Assembly (NCBI RefSeq): GCF_009914755.1
Contig: NC_060933.1
DNA length: 64,000 nt
Reading direction: 5' to 3' (one strand)
Origin: the human T2T-CHM13v2.0 reference genome, Homo sapiens
Shown here: positions 14,001 to 26,602 of the stretch, piece by piece
Layout of the letters: each line of letters starts with the position of its first letter
Position numbering within the stretch: position 1 is the first letter of the stretch
Translations under genes and position numbers: made by a program
Notes under the pieces: generated by a model
Told to the model about the DNA's origin: nothing
What the model saw: the letters and a program-made list of their open reading frames with translations, nothing else
Databases searched by the model: none

Positions 14001-14460
14001 AACCGGCCCTTCCTTCCAGGTCAGGGGTGGGGGAGAGACTTTCTCCCTCGAAACACTTGATACCAACTTTGTTTTTTTGGCAAGAAAAATAAGCCTTGTT
14101 TGGAAAGGGGTGGGTGGGGGGCGTCGAGCGAGCGAGGGAAGGAGCAAGGAGGCGGCGGCGGAGCAAACTCTGCGGATTAGGTTTCAGCGCCTCCGCCCCA
14201 CCCCCAGCCCCGCGGCGGTGATTTGTGTGCGGGGGTCTGTGACCCTGCAAGCATCAAACGGCCCGCGGGAACCGGCCGAGTTCAGAGGGACAGTGGGCCG
14301 AAGGGCGGCCTAAGACAACGCAGATGGTTCCTATCAGCCCGGCCGGGCCCGCAGCGTCCGCCGGTCCGTCCGGGCTCCTCTGCAGGGAAGAGGCCTTGGT
14401 CTTGGGGGAGGCCCCCGCCTGAGCATTGATAAGGGTCTGGACGCAACAGCCCACGCCCAG
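11080..14460. promoter_or_regulatory. Intragenic CpG island cluster
   Basis: Extended CpG-rich sequence, densest at ~12560-14460, with (CCG)n at ~13125-13140 and no recognisable Alu. Confidence 0.8.
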
Positions 14461-16759
14461 TCGGCTCCAGTGGAAAGGAGGCCTCGGAGACTGGTGTCAG
14501 AGGGTTCCTTGGCCAGGCTGTCCTGACCTCACTGGGCTCAGGAGGAGCCTGATGTGCCTGGTCACCAGAGTGGCCTCTGAGTAGGGACCAGCAGGAAGAG
14601 AGACCCCCCGGTCTCCTCCCCGTGGCCGGGTTACCCTGTCCCTGCCCTGCAGGCAGCTGAGGCTCATCCACGATATAGTGCCCCTCCCCCAGGGACCCTT
14701 CTTCCCTTTTTTACTCAGAGAGGTGCCCTGCCCTGCCCTCAGCCTGCTTGCTTCTGACTTCATTGATTCTATGCAGTGATAGAATGCCCTGCTTCTTCCT
14801 GCCAGCTGGAGCCCTTCTGCTTGGCTTGAGCTAACTTTGAGGGACTCTTCTATTTTCTCCCTCCTGTCCCCAAGGGAAAGCAGAGAAGGAGGCTCACTCA
14901 TGCCTTGGCCCAGAGCCTTGCCTTGGTGCTGGGAGCCCTGCTTGGTCAGGGTGGGAGGGGCTCTTCCCCCACCAGCCCTGGCCTCTGAGCCTGCTCCCCT
15001 TCTTTCCCCAGAGCTGGAGCAGGGCTGTCAACCTCAGCAGTCCCAGGCCTCCCTGGCCTGATTTCCAGGGCCTGGCCTTCTGCGTGGCCTCCAGTGACCA
15101 CAGTTGAGTGCAGCAGGGCCACACTCACAGGGACCTTGGGCTGCTTTAGGATATCCCAGCTAAAGGGCTCTTCAGGATCCCAGTAGAAATGGGAAAACCA
15201 AGGTCCAAGTGCAGCTAGGACTTGTCCTGTTGTAGCAGAGCAGAGGCGGAAATCCCAAGCTGCACGCTACCAGGCTTGGGGGCTGTGTGGCAACTCCACA
15301 GTCCTTTTGAGAACCCTCTCCCAGACTCTGGCTTTAACACTGGCCTACTCTGTCTTCCCTGGGCCCAGGTCTCAGGGATGGGAAGGTTCTTCAATCCCAG
15401 CTCTTTAAGAAGGGGTGACAGGTGGACCTGGACAATGAAATGATTTTGAGAGTTTTCTGGATAACACGGGGCCACGTGGCTTGGGAATGCGGTCTACTAA
15501 ACTGGGACCTTGGGGGACAAAAGCCAGGTGAGGACAGTGCCACATCCCACCATCTTTCTTGTCTCTGACTCCCGCATACCCTGGGCTTGGCCCTTCCTGT
15601 CTATAGTGGGTCATGGGGAGGCCAGAGGCCTGGCTGGGGACTCAGAGGGCCAGTGGGCTGCTAGGACCTCTCAAGACTCCATCTCCCAGGGTCCCTGCCT
15701 CAGGGGAGCAGCCGGCTGGGTCATCTGTGCACAGAAGACACATCTGTCCTCCACATGTTGCAGGCCGAGCAGAGGACATGTGGTTTGGGTCGTGTTATCT
15801 TAATCATATTTATTAGCCAATCCTGGGGGAAAAAAGAGTTTGATATTGTTATGATTCGGAAAAGGTCCCCAAATCTACAAGGCGACAGATCAGGAGAGGC
15901 CGCCAGCAACAGCCAGGTCTCAGCTGGGTTCAGGACATGGTTTTGGAAGTTCTTTGGGTTGTCTTAGAGCGATGGAATCTCTACGCTGCGAAACAACACT
16001 TAACCGCTTTCATTTTCCCAGAGATCTGAAGCGAAATTAATTACCCCGCCTTGACTGATAGTTGTTCTGTTGGAGTATGGTTCTAATCCTTATTAACATT
16101 CTCTAAAGTCAGGCATGAAATATGACTTTTATACCACACTCTTTGGCATATGTTTTTCTTTTCCAGGAGATTTTTCAGGCTATCTCTAAGCCTCACTGCT
16201 GTTCATTATTTTTGCCATAGGTCTAAAGTTGCCATCCCCAAAGCTAGTCCCGCACAGAGCACAGCCAAGCGGGGAGGGGGGTGTGGGAGGAATGACACAT
16301 CTCTGCTTGCGACGCAAATTGCTTCTGATTATTGAGCTTTGAATATTTTTCTCCATCGTGTTTTTATTAAAAACTCCAGCATATTTACGCTTGATGGTGT
16401 CTTCAATTAGATTAAAAAAAAAAAAGCAGGGGTTCCCCTTTCTATAGCAGTATGTAAGGAAAATAGTTATGACCACAAAATTACCATCCAAACCTGGTTC
16501 TAGTAAAGCCAGTCCTGCTTTGACAAGCCCAGCAGGCTGGGTGCTTTTTTTCTAAGCGTTCCAGCTGCTAGGGAAACAGACCAGAGAGGAAGCCCACAGA
16601 AGCCTCCATTCTGCACGGTACTTGGGGCACCTCTCAGGACCTAACACTTCCCAAGTTTGTGAGCCGCAGAAGGAAGCCCAGCTGCTTGGGGCTTTCTGAC
16701 GGGCCGGGCAGACCTGGAGCATGCACGACAGCAGCAGCAATAATAACGCCAGCTGATGC

Positions 16760-16925
16760 TTGTTTAGCACTTGTGGTCCATCAGGCACTGCTCTCAGCAC
16801 TTTCCATTCTTTAATGACACTACGACATGGCTTCCATTATTATTTGCATTTTCAGGTAAGACAACCGAGGCACAGAGAAGTTAAGTAACTTGCCCAAGGT
16901 CACACAGCTAGTAAATGGAACCCAG
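16760..16925 (-). mobile_element. MIR SINE
   Basis: gaggcacagagaagttaagtaacttgcccaaggtcacacagctagtaaatgg is the reverse complement of the MIR core. Confidence 0.85.
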
Positions 16926-17282
16926 GCATTGTGTCACGAGAAAACTTTCAGCAGCCTTTTGGGAGGGTGGAGTCTGGCCTCTGGCTGGGGTTGGTGCCCC
17001 GATGGTGGGCTGGTACTGCAACCCAATGTTGTTTGTTGAAGAAATGGCTCCTAATGAATGGCCAGTGTTCATTTTATGCTGCTTGTGGTAAAGCTTTGAT
17101 GGGGATTCACTCACTGAATCTTCTTACTGCTCTGGGGGCAGGTTTTATTAATATTATTTCCCATTTTGCCAACATCAAAGCTTGACTTGGGTGCAGTGAT
17201 TTCCCCAAGGTGGCAAGCTGATGATTGCCAGCTTCAGATGGCACCCTAGATCTTGATGAGACTTCCTAAAAGCACTGTGGTT

Positions 17283-17690
<408 letters not shown>

Positions 17691-20600
17691 CTATGCAGCA
17701 CAGAGTCAGCATCTGCGGGTGCCACAACCTGCCCTTGGAACCACTTCTCAGCTCCCGGGAACCCAGGCTTGGGGGAGCACCTGCACTGAGCCTTCTCAGT
17801 GGGTCTGACTTGGCCTGAACAACTCTCCTGGCAGTAGGCAGGGCACATTTCATCACTGGGGGGGAGGGTTGTTATCTGTGACCTGTCTGGTGCCAAACAG
17901 GCATGGCGTCATCCCTTCCAAACCCCATTTTACAGGGGAGGAAATTAAAGCACAGAGAACCTAAGTGTCTTGCCCTAGGTCACACAGCTAGTTAGCAGCT
18001 GATGGGAATCACACTCAGGTGGCCTGTCTTTGGGGCGGTGCCTCTCAGAGAGAGGCTCTGAATCATCATCTTCGTCCTCAGTGTTGTCAGCTTTATGCAT
18101 GACCACCCCTGAGTGCCTTCTGAGTACTTTGCAAATATATAGTGAAAGCAGCGAGATTCAGAGAGGGAAGGTGATTTTCCAAGGATTACACCACAGGGTG
18201 GGGCCGGCCAGGGTCTGCCCTCCTGCCCAGGATAGTGGAAGTCCATGCCATGGATGGGAGCGTGGCCAGCCCTCACAGGGCCACCTTTACCCCTGCAGTG
18301 CCTTCCTGGCTCCGGGCTGCCGGTGCAGCAATTCAGGGCAGGCGTTGTCTGGCCTTTGAAGGGACGGCTGTCTGAGTGTGTCACTTTGAACTGCAAAGGG
18401 GCCTGTGGTGAGGGCTCGGCCCCCTCCCACGTGCCCCCGCCTGCCCACCCCTCCAGCTCTGGTTCTAGTCGGCAGGCCTGGAGCCAAAGGGGCGGGCAGG
18501 GCAGTGGCCCCCCTGTGGGATGTCAGCCTGATAAGTGAGCAGCGACAGACCCCTGGAGGAGGATGGAGCTGGCCGCCCACTGGTTGGGCTGTCCCACGTG
18601 GCAAGAGTTCAGGCCAGTCCCCGAGGTGCCATCCTCCCACAGACATGCCCTTACGGCTGCAGAGAAACATCTGCCTGAACGTCAAAAGATTTAAATTAAA
18701 ATAACAGTAATGATAGTAATAATAATGATTTGTAAAAGGAAACATCTTGCCTTGGGGCACAGGGAGCATCAGGGACTCAACCCTGTGTTCTGCTTGGGGA
18801 GTGCTCGTGGCAGGAGGTCAGGAAGAAGAGGTATTAGGTAAGAGACCTAATGCCTATTAGGTCTGGGCTGCTGATTCCCAGGAGTCCAGCTGGGGGCCTT
18901 TTGAGTTGCTCAGCTTCCTGGCTCAGCTCGGCCGGCCGGGATGGGGCAGGCCTATCCTGCCCACAGAGAGCTCCCAGGCTAAGTGGGTGGGTGGGGTGAG
19001 GTGGGGATAGGGGCGAGGGCAGAGCTGAGCAGAAATGAGGCCAGCACAGTCCCTGTGCCTGCAGTTATTGGCTCTTGGATTTTGTGACCCCAGAACTGAT
19101 TCCTTGAGAGGCCGAGAACTTAACCAGATTTTTCACCAGTGCTTTGGAACCTCAGGTTTTACCACTTCCCGCTGTGTGACCTTAGGTTAGAGGCTTTAAA
19201 TTCCCTGTGCCTCAGTTTCTTCAAAGTTTACTAAGGACCAGACCCCTGCCTCCGGGTAAGGATGATTCAGAGGGAGCAGATGCCATTCCTCTTTAGGTGA
19301 GTGGTTCCTGCCGATTTTGTTACTGATGCTCCCACAGTCCTTTGTGCTGGGCCTCAAAGGGGGCCACCTTTGACCATATGTATTGGGTCTTAGCTAGAAA
19401 AGGGAACGGTAGGTGCGCAGTTCGTACTGAAAGAAAGTATAAGGGTCTAGAGCTGGGCTGGACTCTGGGCTTGGCCTCTTTCTAGCTGTGTGACCTTTGA
19501 CAAATTCCTTAGCTTCTCAGAGCCTCCACTCTCTCGCAAGCAAAATGCACGTAAAGAACCTACCTTCCAGGTTGTGGGGAGAGCGAGATGAGATGCTGTG
19601 TTCAAAGAGCCATACCAGTCCATGGGAGCCGTTTTTCTTAGAGGGAAGAGTTGTGGGCAGGGGCCTCGTTAGTCACACAAGAAGGCAGCAAGAGTGTGTG
19701 CCAGCTTACGCCAGGCAGGTGCCCGTGAGATGGGAGGCTGCAGCTTGGGAGGATTTGGGGAGGGCATTCCAGGAGGGGGCCCTGGCAGCAGGAATATTGG
19801 GGGTTAAATGGGTGGGCTGGGACAGTGAGTCTGGCGGAGGGGCTGCCGAGGGGCTGCTGGGACTGGAGGCTGCAGAGCAGGGCAGGAGCCTGTGGCTGTG
19901 CTCGGGCGTTTGGATTTTATCCTGTGGGCAGGAGGGAGCTATTGAAGGTTATTGGACAGGGGAGTGACAGGAACTGGAGAGGCACTTTATGGAGCTGATG
20001 CTGGCAACATGTGCCTGGGATTAGACCGGCGGGAGGAGGCTATTGCCACCTTGGAGGTGAGGGTAGTTGCGGGAACCAGAGAGGGAACAGGGCACAGGGA
20101 GGGTCACAGAGGCCTGGGGCTTGGAGCTGGGGTGGCTGGAACCCCAGGTACTCAGCTGCCTGGCTAAGGCCTTGAGGTCCTGAGCACTCTGGGCTGGTCC
20201 CAGCAGGGGTGACCCACTTAGCTGGGTCCCTGGAAGAGCCGGCTTGACCTGTGCAGCCCCACTGGGCCCCACACCCAGAAGGGCCCTTAGCTTGGTTTAA
20301 TGCTCCTGCTGTCACACTCTTGAGATTCTTAACTTTTGAACAAGTGGCTCTGCCCCTGCCTTTTCATTCTGTGCTGAGCCCCGCAGGCGAGCCCCCAGCT
20401 CACCTGCCATTCCCACATGTCCCAGACACTTGCCCACATCAAGGTCTTACTCAGGCTGTGGTGGTTGCCCAGGAGGCGTCCCCTGGCTTCCATCATCCTT
20501 TCTTCTTCTGGAAAACTCTCCCTACTCCCAAGGCCTGGCACAAGAGTCACCGGTTTCATGGAGTCTCTCTGGCTCTGAGCCCCACCCCCGTCCTCCAGGC

Positions 20601-23600
20601 TTGGATCTGTCCTGTAGCACTTGCTAGAGGTGCAGAATCCTAGATCTGTGAGGGAACTCGAACTCTCGAGGTGAAGCCCATGAGTCTACATTTCCAGATG
20701 GCCCCCGGGGGAAGCCTTGCCTGCTGAGGTATGACAACCTCTGCCCAGGGTACCTCCAAGCCTGGCACAGGGCCTGGTACTTGGTAGGTGCATCCGTGTG
20801 TCATGTCATTGTGAAGGAATGAATGAACGGTGCTTACCTGTCCATCTGGATGGATGAAGCTCCCTGGGCCTAGCTCATTGCCTGGCATGGGTGGGTGGGT
20901 TGCAGCAAGTCTCCACAGGACAACTGGGAGGACACCTGGCCAATCCTGGGGACTGGCTGGGGCAGGGTTCTTCTTCTTCCTGAAACCTCGGGACATGGGG
21001 GCCAGGCTGGGGGATGGAAGGGCAAAATTAGTACCCTCCGGGAGATGGGAAGTGGGCAGAGGCCACGGAGTCCACCAGCACATCCTCCCTGTAGCTGTCC
21101 CCTCCTCCGAAAGGACTACCCACTCCTGACATGGTTATACAGCACGCACATAATTATACAGCATGATGGAAGAAGAGAGTTTGATTGTTATTTCCAGAGC
21201 CTTTACCCTGTGCAGCCACTGATTTAAGGATCACATTATTTCATTCAACCGTAAGCCTCATAGTCTGTGAGGCAGAGCCTGTTATTATCCCCATTTCAGC
21301 GATATGGAGACTGAGGCACAGAAAGGGGTAGTCGGCAGTCCAAATTCACACAGCTTTGTGTGACCCCTCTGCCAGTTGGCCTCCGAGATGCCTCATTCCC
21401 CCTGTGGCTCCCGCTTTTGATGCCTCGGGGATACACCTGGCACAGTATGTACTCAGCGAATGTTTGGGGAAGGCAGGAGGGAGGGAAGAAGGAAGCCCAG
21501 CTCACTCATCCAACCGGAAGGACCCCTGCTCCAGGCAGGACTGGAATAATGCCAGGACTCCAAATGAGCAAGATAGTCCCAGCCTGGCCTGCCTGGGATA
21601 AGGAGCGGGCAGGGAAACCCAGAGGAGAAGCACTGACTTTGGCAGGATGGGGCATGTGAGGGCACCTGGAAGGCACTGTGGTGAAGCCCGGGACTGGAAA
21701 GCCTTCTTGCCCAGCAGTGACGGGGTCGCCATGGAGAGGCCTCACCGGGCAGGTCTCTGAAGCCAGCGTCAGTTTCATACAGGCATTCCAGAAATACATG
21801 TGGAACTTCCTCCCTCCACGCCCTGTGTGGGTATCAGGGAGGCATGGGGAAGAAAACGCTCCAGGTCCTGCTCTCGGCTGCCACCATGGTGCTGAACAGG
21901 GTGAGTCTAGCCAAGGAGATGCCAGGAGCAGACCCGGTGCACAGTAGGTGTTCAGGGACTGTCCCCATGGAGATTTTCAGTTACCCACCTCCTGCATTAG
22001 CCTCTGGTGCCAGGTTCTGCACACCCCCCCCCACAATGCCACATCCATGAGCCACTGTCTTGAGTCCTTTGACCTCTCTGAGCCTGAAGTTAGTCATCTA
22101 TAAAATGGGTACAGCTATTCCTACTGTCCAGGTTGTTGTAGGGATTAATTTTGTAGTGATTAATCCAGGGGAGGGCCCCGCTGCGAGTGTACCTGGAAGA
22201 AGGGGTGCTGCCTGGAGAGGTGGGAGAGCTTTTACCAGGCAGGTGACATTTGGAGTCACGAAAGGGGAGGAGGAGGGCTTTGCAGGTGTGGGGTACAGTG
22301 TGGGCCAAAGCCCAGAGACATGGAAGCCTGTGGCCTGTTAGAAGCACAGGGCTCCCCGCTCCTTCCCCTCTCCTCTCTGCCCCTGGCTGTCCTCTCACCC
22401 TCAAGCCGGTGCCAGTGTGGCTCTGCAGATTTGCTTCTAAGCCCTAGCACCCGCTGCATGCCAGCCAGGCACAAGCGCCATATGAAGCCTGCTGATGGCC
22501 TGGGAGACAGGTGTTACTGTCATTCCCATTTCACAGATGAGGGGACTGACACCCAAAACCCAGAGGCCACTTACCCAGGGCCACACGGCTGGGGAGCTTC
22601 ACCACCAGGTCTGACTCCAGCTCCTGCTCACCCTTCCCCCAGCCCTCCCACTCCTCTTCTAGTCAGCTACTTGCCCCCACTCGCTCATTGCCCACACAGG
22701 GAGCAGGCCCGGGGCTTACACAAAGGCAAGGGAGGTAGACGGCTAGGACTTGGAAGACTGAGAACAGCTACATAGAGGAGGCGGGCACGAGAAGCTTCTG
22801 CAAAACCAGTTGCAGTCGGAGGAGATGCTATGGCGAGGGCACTCCAGGCTGAGGGCACTGCCTGGGCAAAGGCATGGAGGCTGACAAGCCCAGCCACGCT
22901 GATGATTGATGTCACAGCACAGTCACACACATGACCTTTGAGATTCGGGGGAATAACTGTTTCGGAGGAGGCTGGCGGTCTCAACCTTGGTTCCATCATT
23001 TTCTGCCACTTACCCTGTTTTTTTCACCTGTAAAATTGTTATTCTAAAAACCCAAATCAGGGGTTCCAGCAAACGGGGAAATGATAGCTGCTAGATGATG
23101 ATTAGCCAAGTCTCACAAAATTGCAGCTCAAGAAACTGGGGCTCTGAGAGGTTAAGTTCCTGCTCCGAGGCCACCCAGCTGAGGAGTGAGTTGTTTGGAT
23201 TAGGGCCTGACTAAGTAGCACCAAGGACTGCACATCTTAGGTGCCATGAGCTGTGGCCTCTCAAAGGAAAGGAGGGGAGGGCCTGAGGCTTAACTGAACA
23301 CTTGCAGGCTGAGCCAGAACCTGCCCTGTGGGCTGCCAGGCCTTCAGGGGTGTGCAGGGAGAGGCGTCCCACTCCCATGGCCCAGGGAGGAGCACTGGGG
23401 ACGAGTGATGGGAGTGGCAGCCACTTCCTGCTAGAAGACAGCCCAGTGAGTTCCCTGGGTGTCCTTTACCCTGGAGCCCTCCCCTCTATGAGCCTTTTGG
23501 ACCCAAGACTGCAGGCCCCACTCTCACTGAGGCTAGGACACCACAAGCAGCTTCCTCCCTTCCTCCTTTCTGATATTTGCTGAGGCTGCTGTGTGCCTTG

Positions 23601-26397
23601 TCCTGGGTACTAAAGACACAAGGCAGACACAGCCCTCCCCAGTGGCAGTAGCTTGTAAAGGCCCTGATGGAGAGAACACAGGGCATTGTGGTCCCAGAGG
23701 ATAGGGCTCCTCACCCAGACTTAGGGGCTGGAAGAGGGCTTCCTGGAGGGAGAGCTGTTGAAGCTGAGAGCAGAGGAATTATCCAGGGAAAGAGGGCAGG
23801 AGAGCAGGTTTCAGGCAAAGATCAGCATGCACAAGGGCCTGGAGAGGTCAGGTCACAAAAGGTCTTGAAGTCTGTGCTAGAGAGTCTGGCCTTTACTCCA
23901 GGGCCCCTGGAAGCCATGAAAAGGTTCTAAGCAGGGGGGTGTCATGTCAGATTTGAGGTTACAACATGCACTCTGGCTGCTGTGTGGATTGCAAGGGGAG
24001 GTGGGGGGCCAGAAAAGAGAGTGGATGGAGGCTGTGGACACGGGGAAAGGGGCGCTACAAGGTAGTGTTCAAGTGTGTGCACCCTAGTGCACACGACTGC
24101 AAGTACACGTGTGCGTAGGTGTGTGTAGGGGGTGTCAGGGACTTGAGCTGAATGAGAGCCCCACCTTGTCCTCTAGGTCAGGGCTCACCCAGCATCCGGC
24201 ACAGGGAATGGCCCATGGTAGAGACTCAGTGAATATGTGCAGTTCAGATCTCAGTGGGCACCAGGCGTCCGTGGCTGTGTGTGCGTGCATGCAGGCACAT
24301 GTATGTGCGAGTGTGTCTCTAGAGATGTATGTGCACATGACAAGTGGTGAGGTGGCATCTCTCTGGCCATACTCCCTGGGTGGGACCCAGGAAGCCTTGG
24401 GCAAGAGGGTAGGCAGCGGTTGGCCTGGTCTGGACTGGCCCAGCCTGGCATAGGACACCTTGCACCCAGCCAGAGGCCACCAGCATAAGCTCTGCTTAGC
24501 TTTTGTGCCAGTGCTATCAGTCAGGGAGTTATCGCTGCTGCAAGCATACCTGCCTTACTCACTGCAGCTGAGCTGATCACAGGCAGTGGTGGGCGGTGGC
24601 ACTGTGCTCTGGAACCGGCAGCATCTGGAGAGGCAGGCTCAGCTCCTCCTTGGGGACTCTGGCTTATTCTTCTGAATTCAGATGCCAGAGCATACGGCAG
24701 GAGCAGCGCCTGTGTCAGTGTGTGTGTGTCAGTGTGTGTGTCCCTGTGTGTGCTGTGGGTGTGTCCCTGAGCCTGCACGTCACCCTCTGTGCCTGTGGCT
24801 GAGGGTGCCCACCTGTCACTTTGTGAGCACAGCTTAGGGTGCCCTGTATCTGTGTGCACTGGTGCAGTCAGGCATTTGCGTGTGCATTTGTGTGTGGGGG
24901 TGGGGGGTTGTGGGTGATTCTGTGGTGTGTGGCATACAGGTTCATCCTGAGGATGCTGTGTGAGTCTGGGTGTCCGTGTGGTGTTGGCCATTGTGGGCTA
25001 ATGTGTCAGGGCATGGGAAGGGCGTGCACCTGTGTCACTGTGGGCCCTGCGGGTGTGATGTATGGATGTGGGCTGGGTGTGACAGGCAGAGCAGCAGATG
25101 GCCAATCCTGGCCTGTGACGTCCATGACCAAGGCTCCGAGAGCCAGCCCAGGTTTCGGCGGGAATTTCCTCTCACCTCTATCACGTGCAGGGGAGGGCGG
25201 GGTGATGATGGGTGACTGCCTTCAGGGACTGTGGTGCCTGTCCTCCCCCCCCCCCGCCCCCCGCTCTCTGTACTGGGAACAGTACAGTACCCTCCCCTCC
25301 TCTCTGTCTTCTCAGGAACTTGGCCCTGCTGTAGCCTCAGGGCCAAAGGGATGGACACCCAGGGCCCCCTCCGACCATGGGCCCTAAACCCCGAGAGGAC
25401 GCACAATCCCCACTCCTCCCGCTCCGCAGCCCTGCCCGGGGACCTGCTTTGGCCCATGGCAGGCAGCCTTGTCCAGGCTGGGATCTCAGGGTCTGGAAGC
25501 GCCCAGGCTGCCTGGGGAAGCATGGGGAGAGGGGGCAGCAGTTCCAGGGCAGGGGGCAGGTTCCCGAAGCCTGAGGAGCTCCTGGCCCAGGTGAGCCCCT
25601 CTCTGCTGGTGTCCCTGGCAGGTGGGTCCCGACAGGAATGCTCCGGTGGGGGTGCCCTGCTGCTGTGCCCTCCCAGGTGCACCTGCCCATCTCTCCCAAC
25701 AGGTGTGCCCTGACAGGTGTGCCCGGATGGAGTTTCCCTGGGAGGAGCAAGGTGAACGACGGGGCCTCCAGGGCTCCCCAGGACTCCCTGCAGCCTCTGC
25801 ACCACCCTGCAGCCCAGGAGGCCAGTGCCCTCCCTGCTGCCACTGGCTGCCCTGCCCGCAGCCCTGCCACCCTGGGGAGCTGACCCCGACCCCACCCGGC
25901 CCCCCACGTCCCAGCTCGGGGGCTCACAAAGGGAGAGGAGGGAAGAGCAAAATCGCAGAGATTTGTCTTGTCTGGGGCTGACAGCGGAGCGAGTGATTGC
26001 CAGGCCCGCTTGGCAGTTTTTAATCATTTTATCTCTGTTCTCGGCTCTCGGGGGAGACAGCCAGTGCTTAGCAGTCTGCTCAGAAAGACCTCGGGGCGCG
26101 TGGCGCAGCGGCGGCTCGGAGCTCCCATTATTAGCTGTGCTCTTCGGAGCGCGCTCCGATCTCTCCCGGGGGAGCCGGTGAAAAATTAACACGGGCCGGC
26201 GGCGCGGGCGCCCGATGTAACTGTAATTACTCCATTGATATTCCTCACACAATAGCGCTGTCATCAGTCATTTACATAAACTTTCTCTCCCCAGGACGGG
26301 CGGAGGTGCCTAATCCTATTGGGCGCTTCCACTGCATGCATTATACATGGCAGCTCCTAGGTGCGGACTGAGGGAGGGGCGGATAGCCGGGCTCTAG

Positions 26398-26602
26398 GTG
26401 AGGAGGGAGGGAATAATTGGGAAGGAGAATTGGAGAGGAGAGAGAAGGGGGAGGAGAGGAGGAAAGGGGAGGGGAAAGGAGAGTTGGGAAGGAGAATTGG
26501 AGAGGAGAGAAGAGGCTGGTAGGAGAAGAGGGGAGGGGAGGGGAAGGAAGGGAATAATTGGACAAGAGAAAAGGAGAGGAAAGAGAGGAGGGGAGGGAGA
26601 GA
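26398..26602 (+). repeat. Polypurine (GA-rich) low-complexity tract with internal duplications
   Basis: About 200 bp almost purely G/A; ttgggaaggagaattggagaggagagaag and gggaataattgg each occur twice. Confidence 0.9.

Noticed and set aside
25160-25169. NF-kB consensus GGGAATTTCC (also GGGAATTCCC at 49823-49832)
   Set aside because: Isolated 10-mers with no supporting context; plausible by chance in 64 kb.
25035-26264. 409-aa minus-strand ORF, the longest in the window
   Set aside because: No recognisable domain and GC-driven composition; the region is better explained as regulatory DNA.
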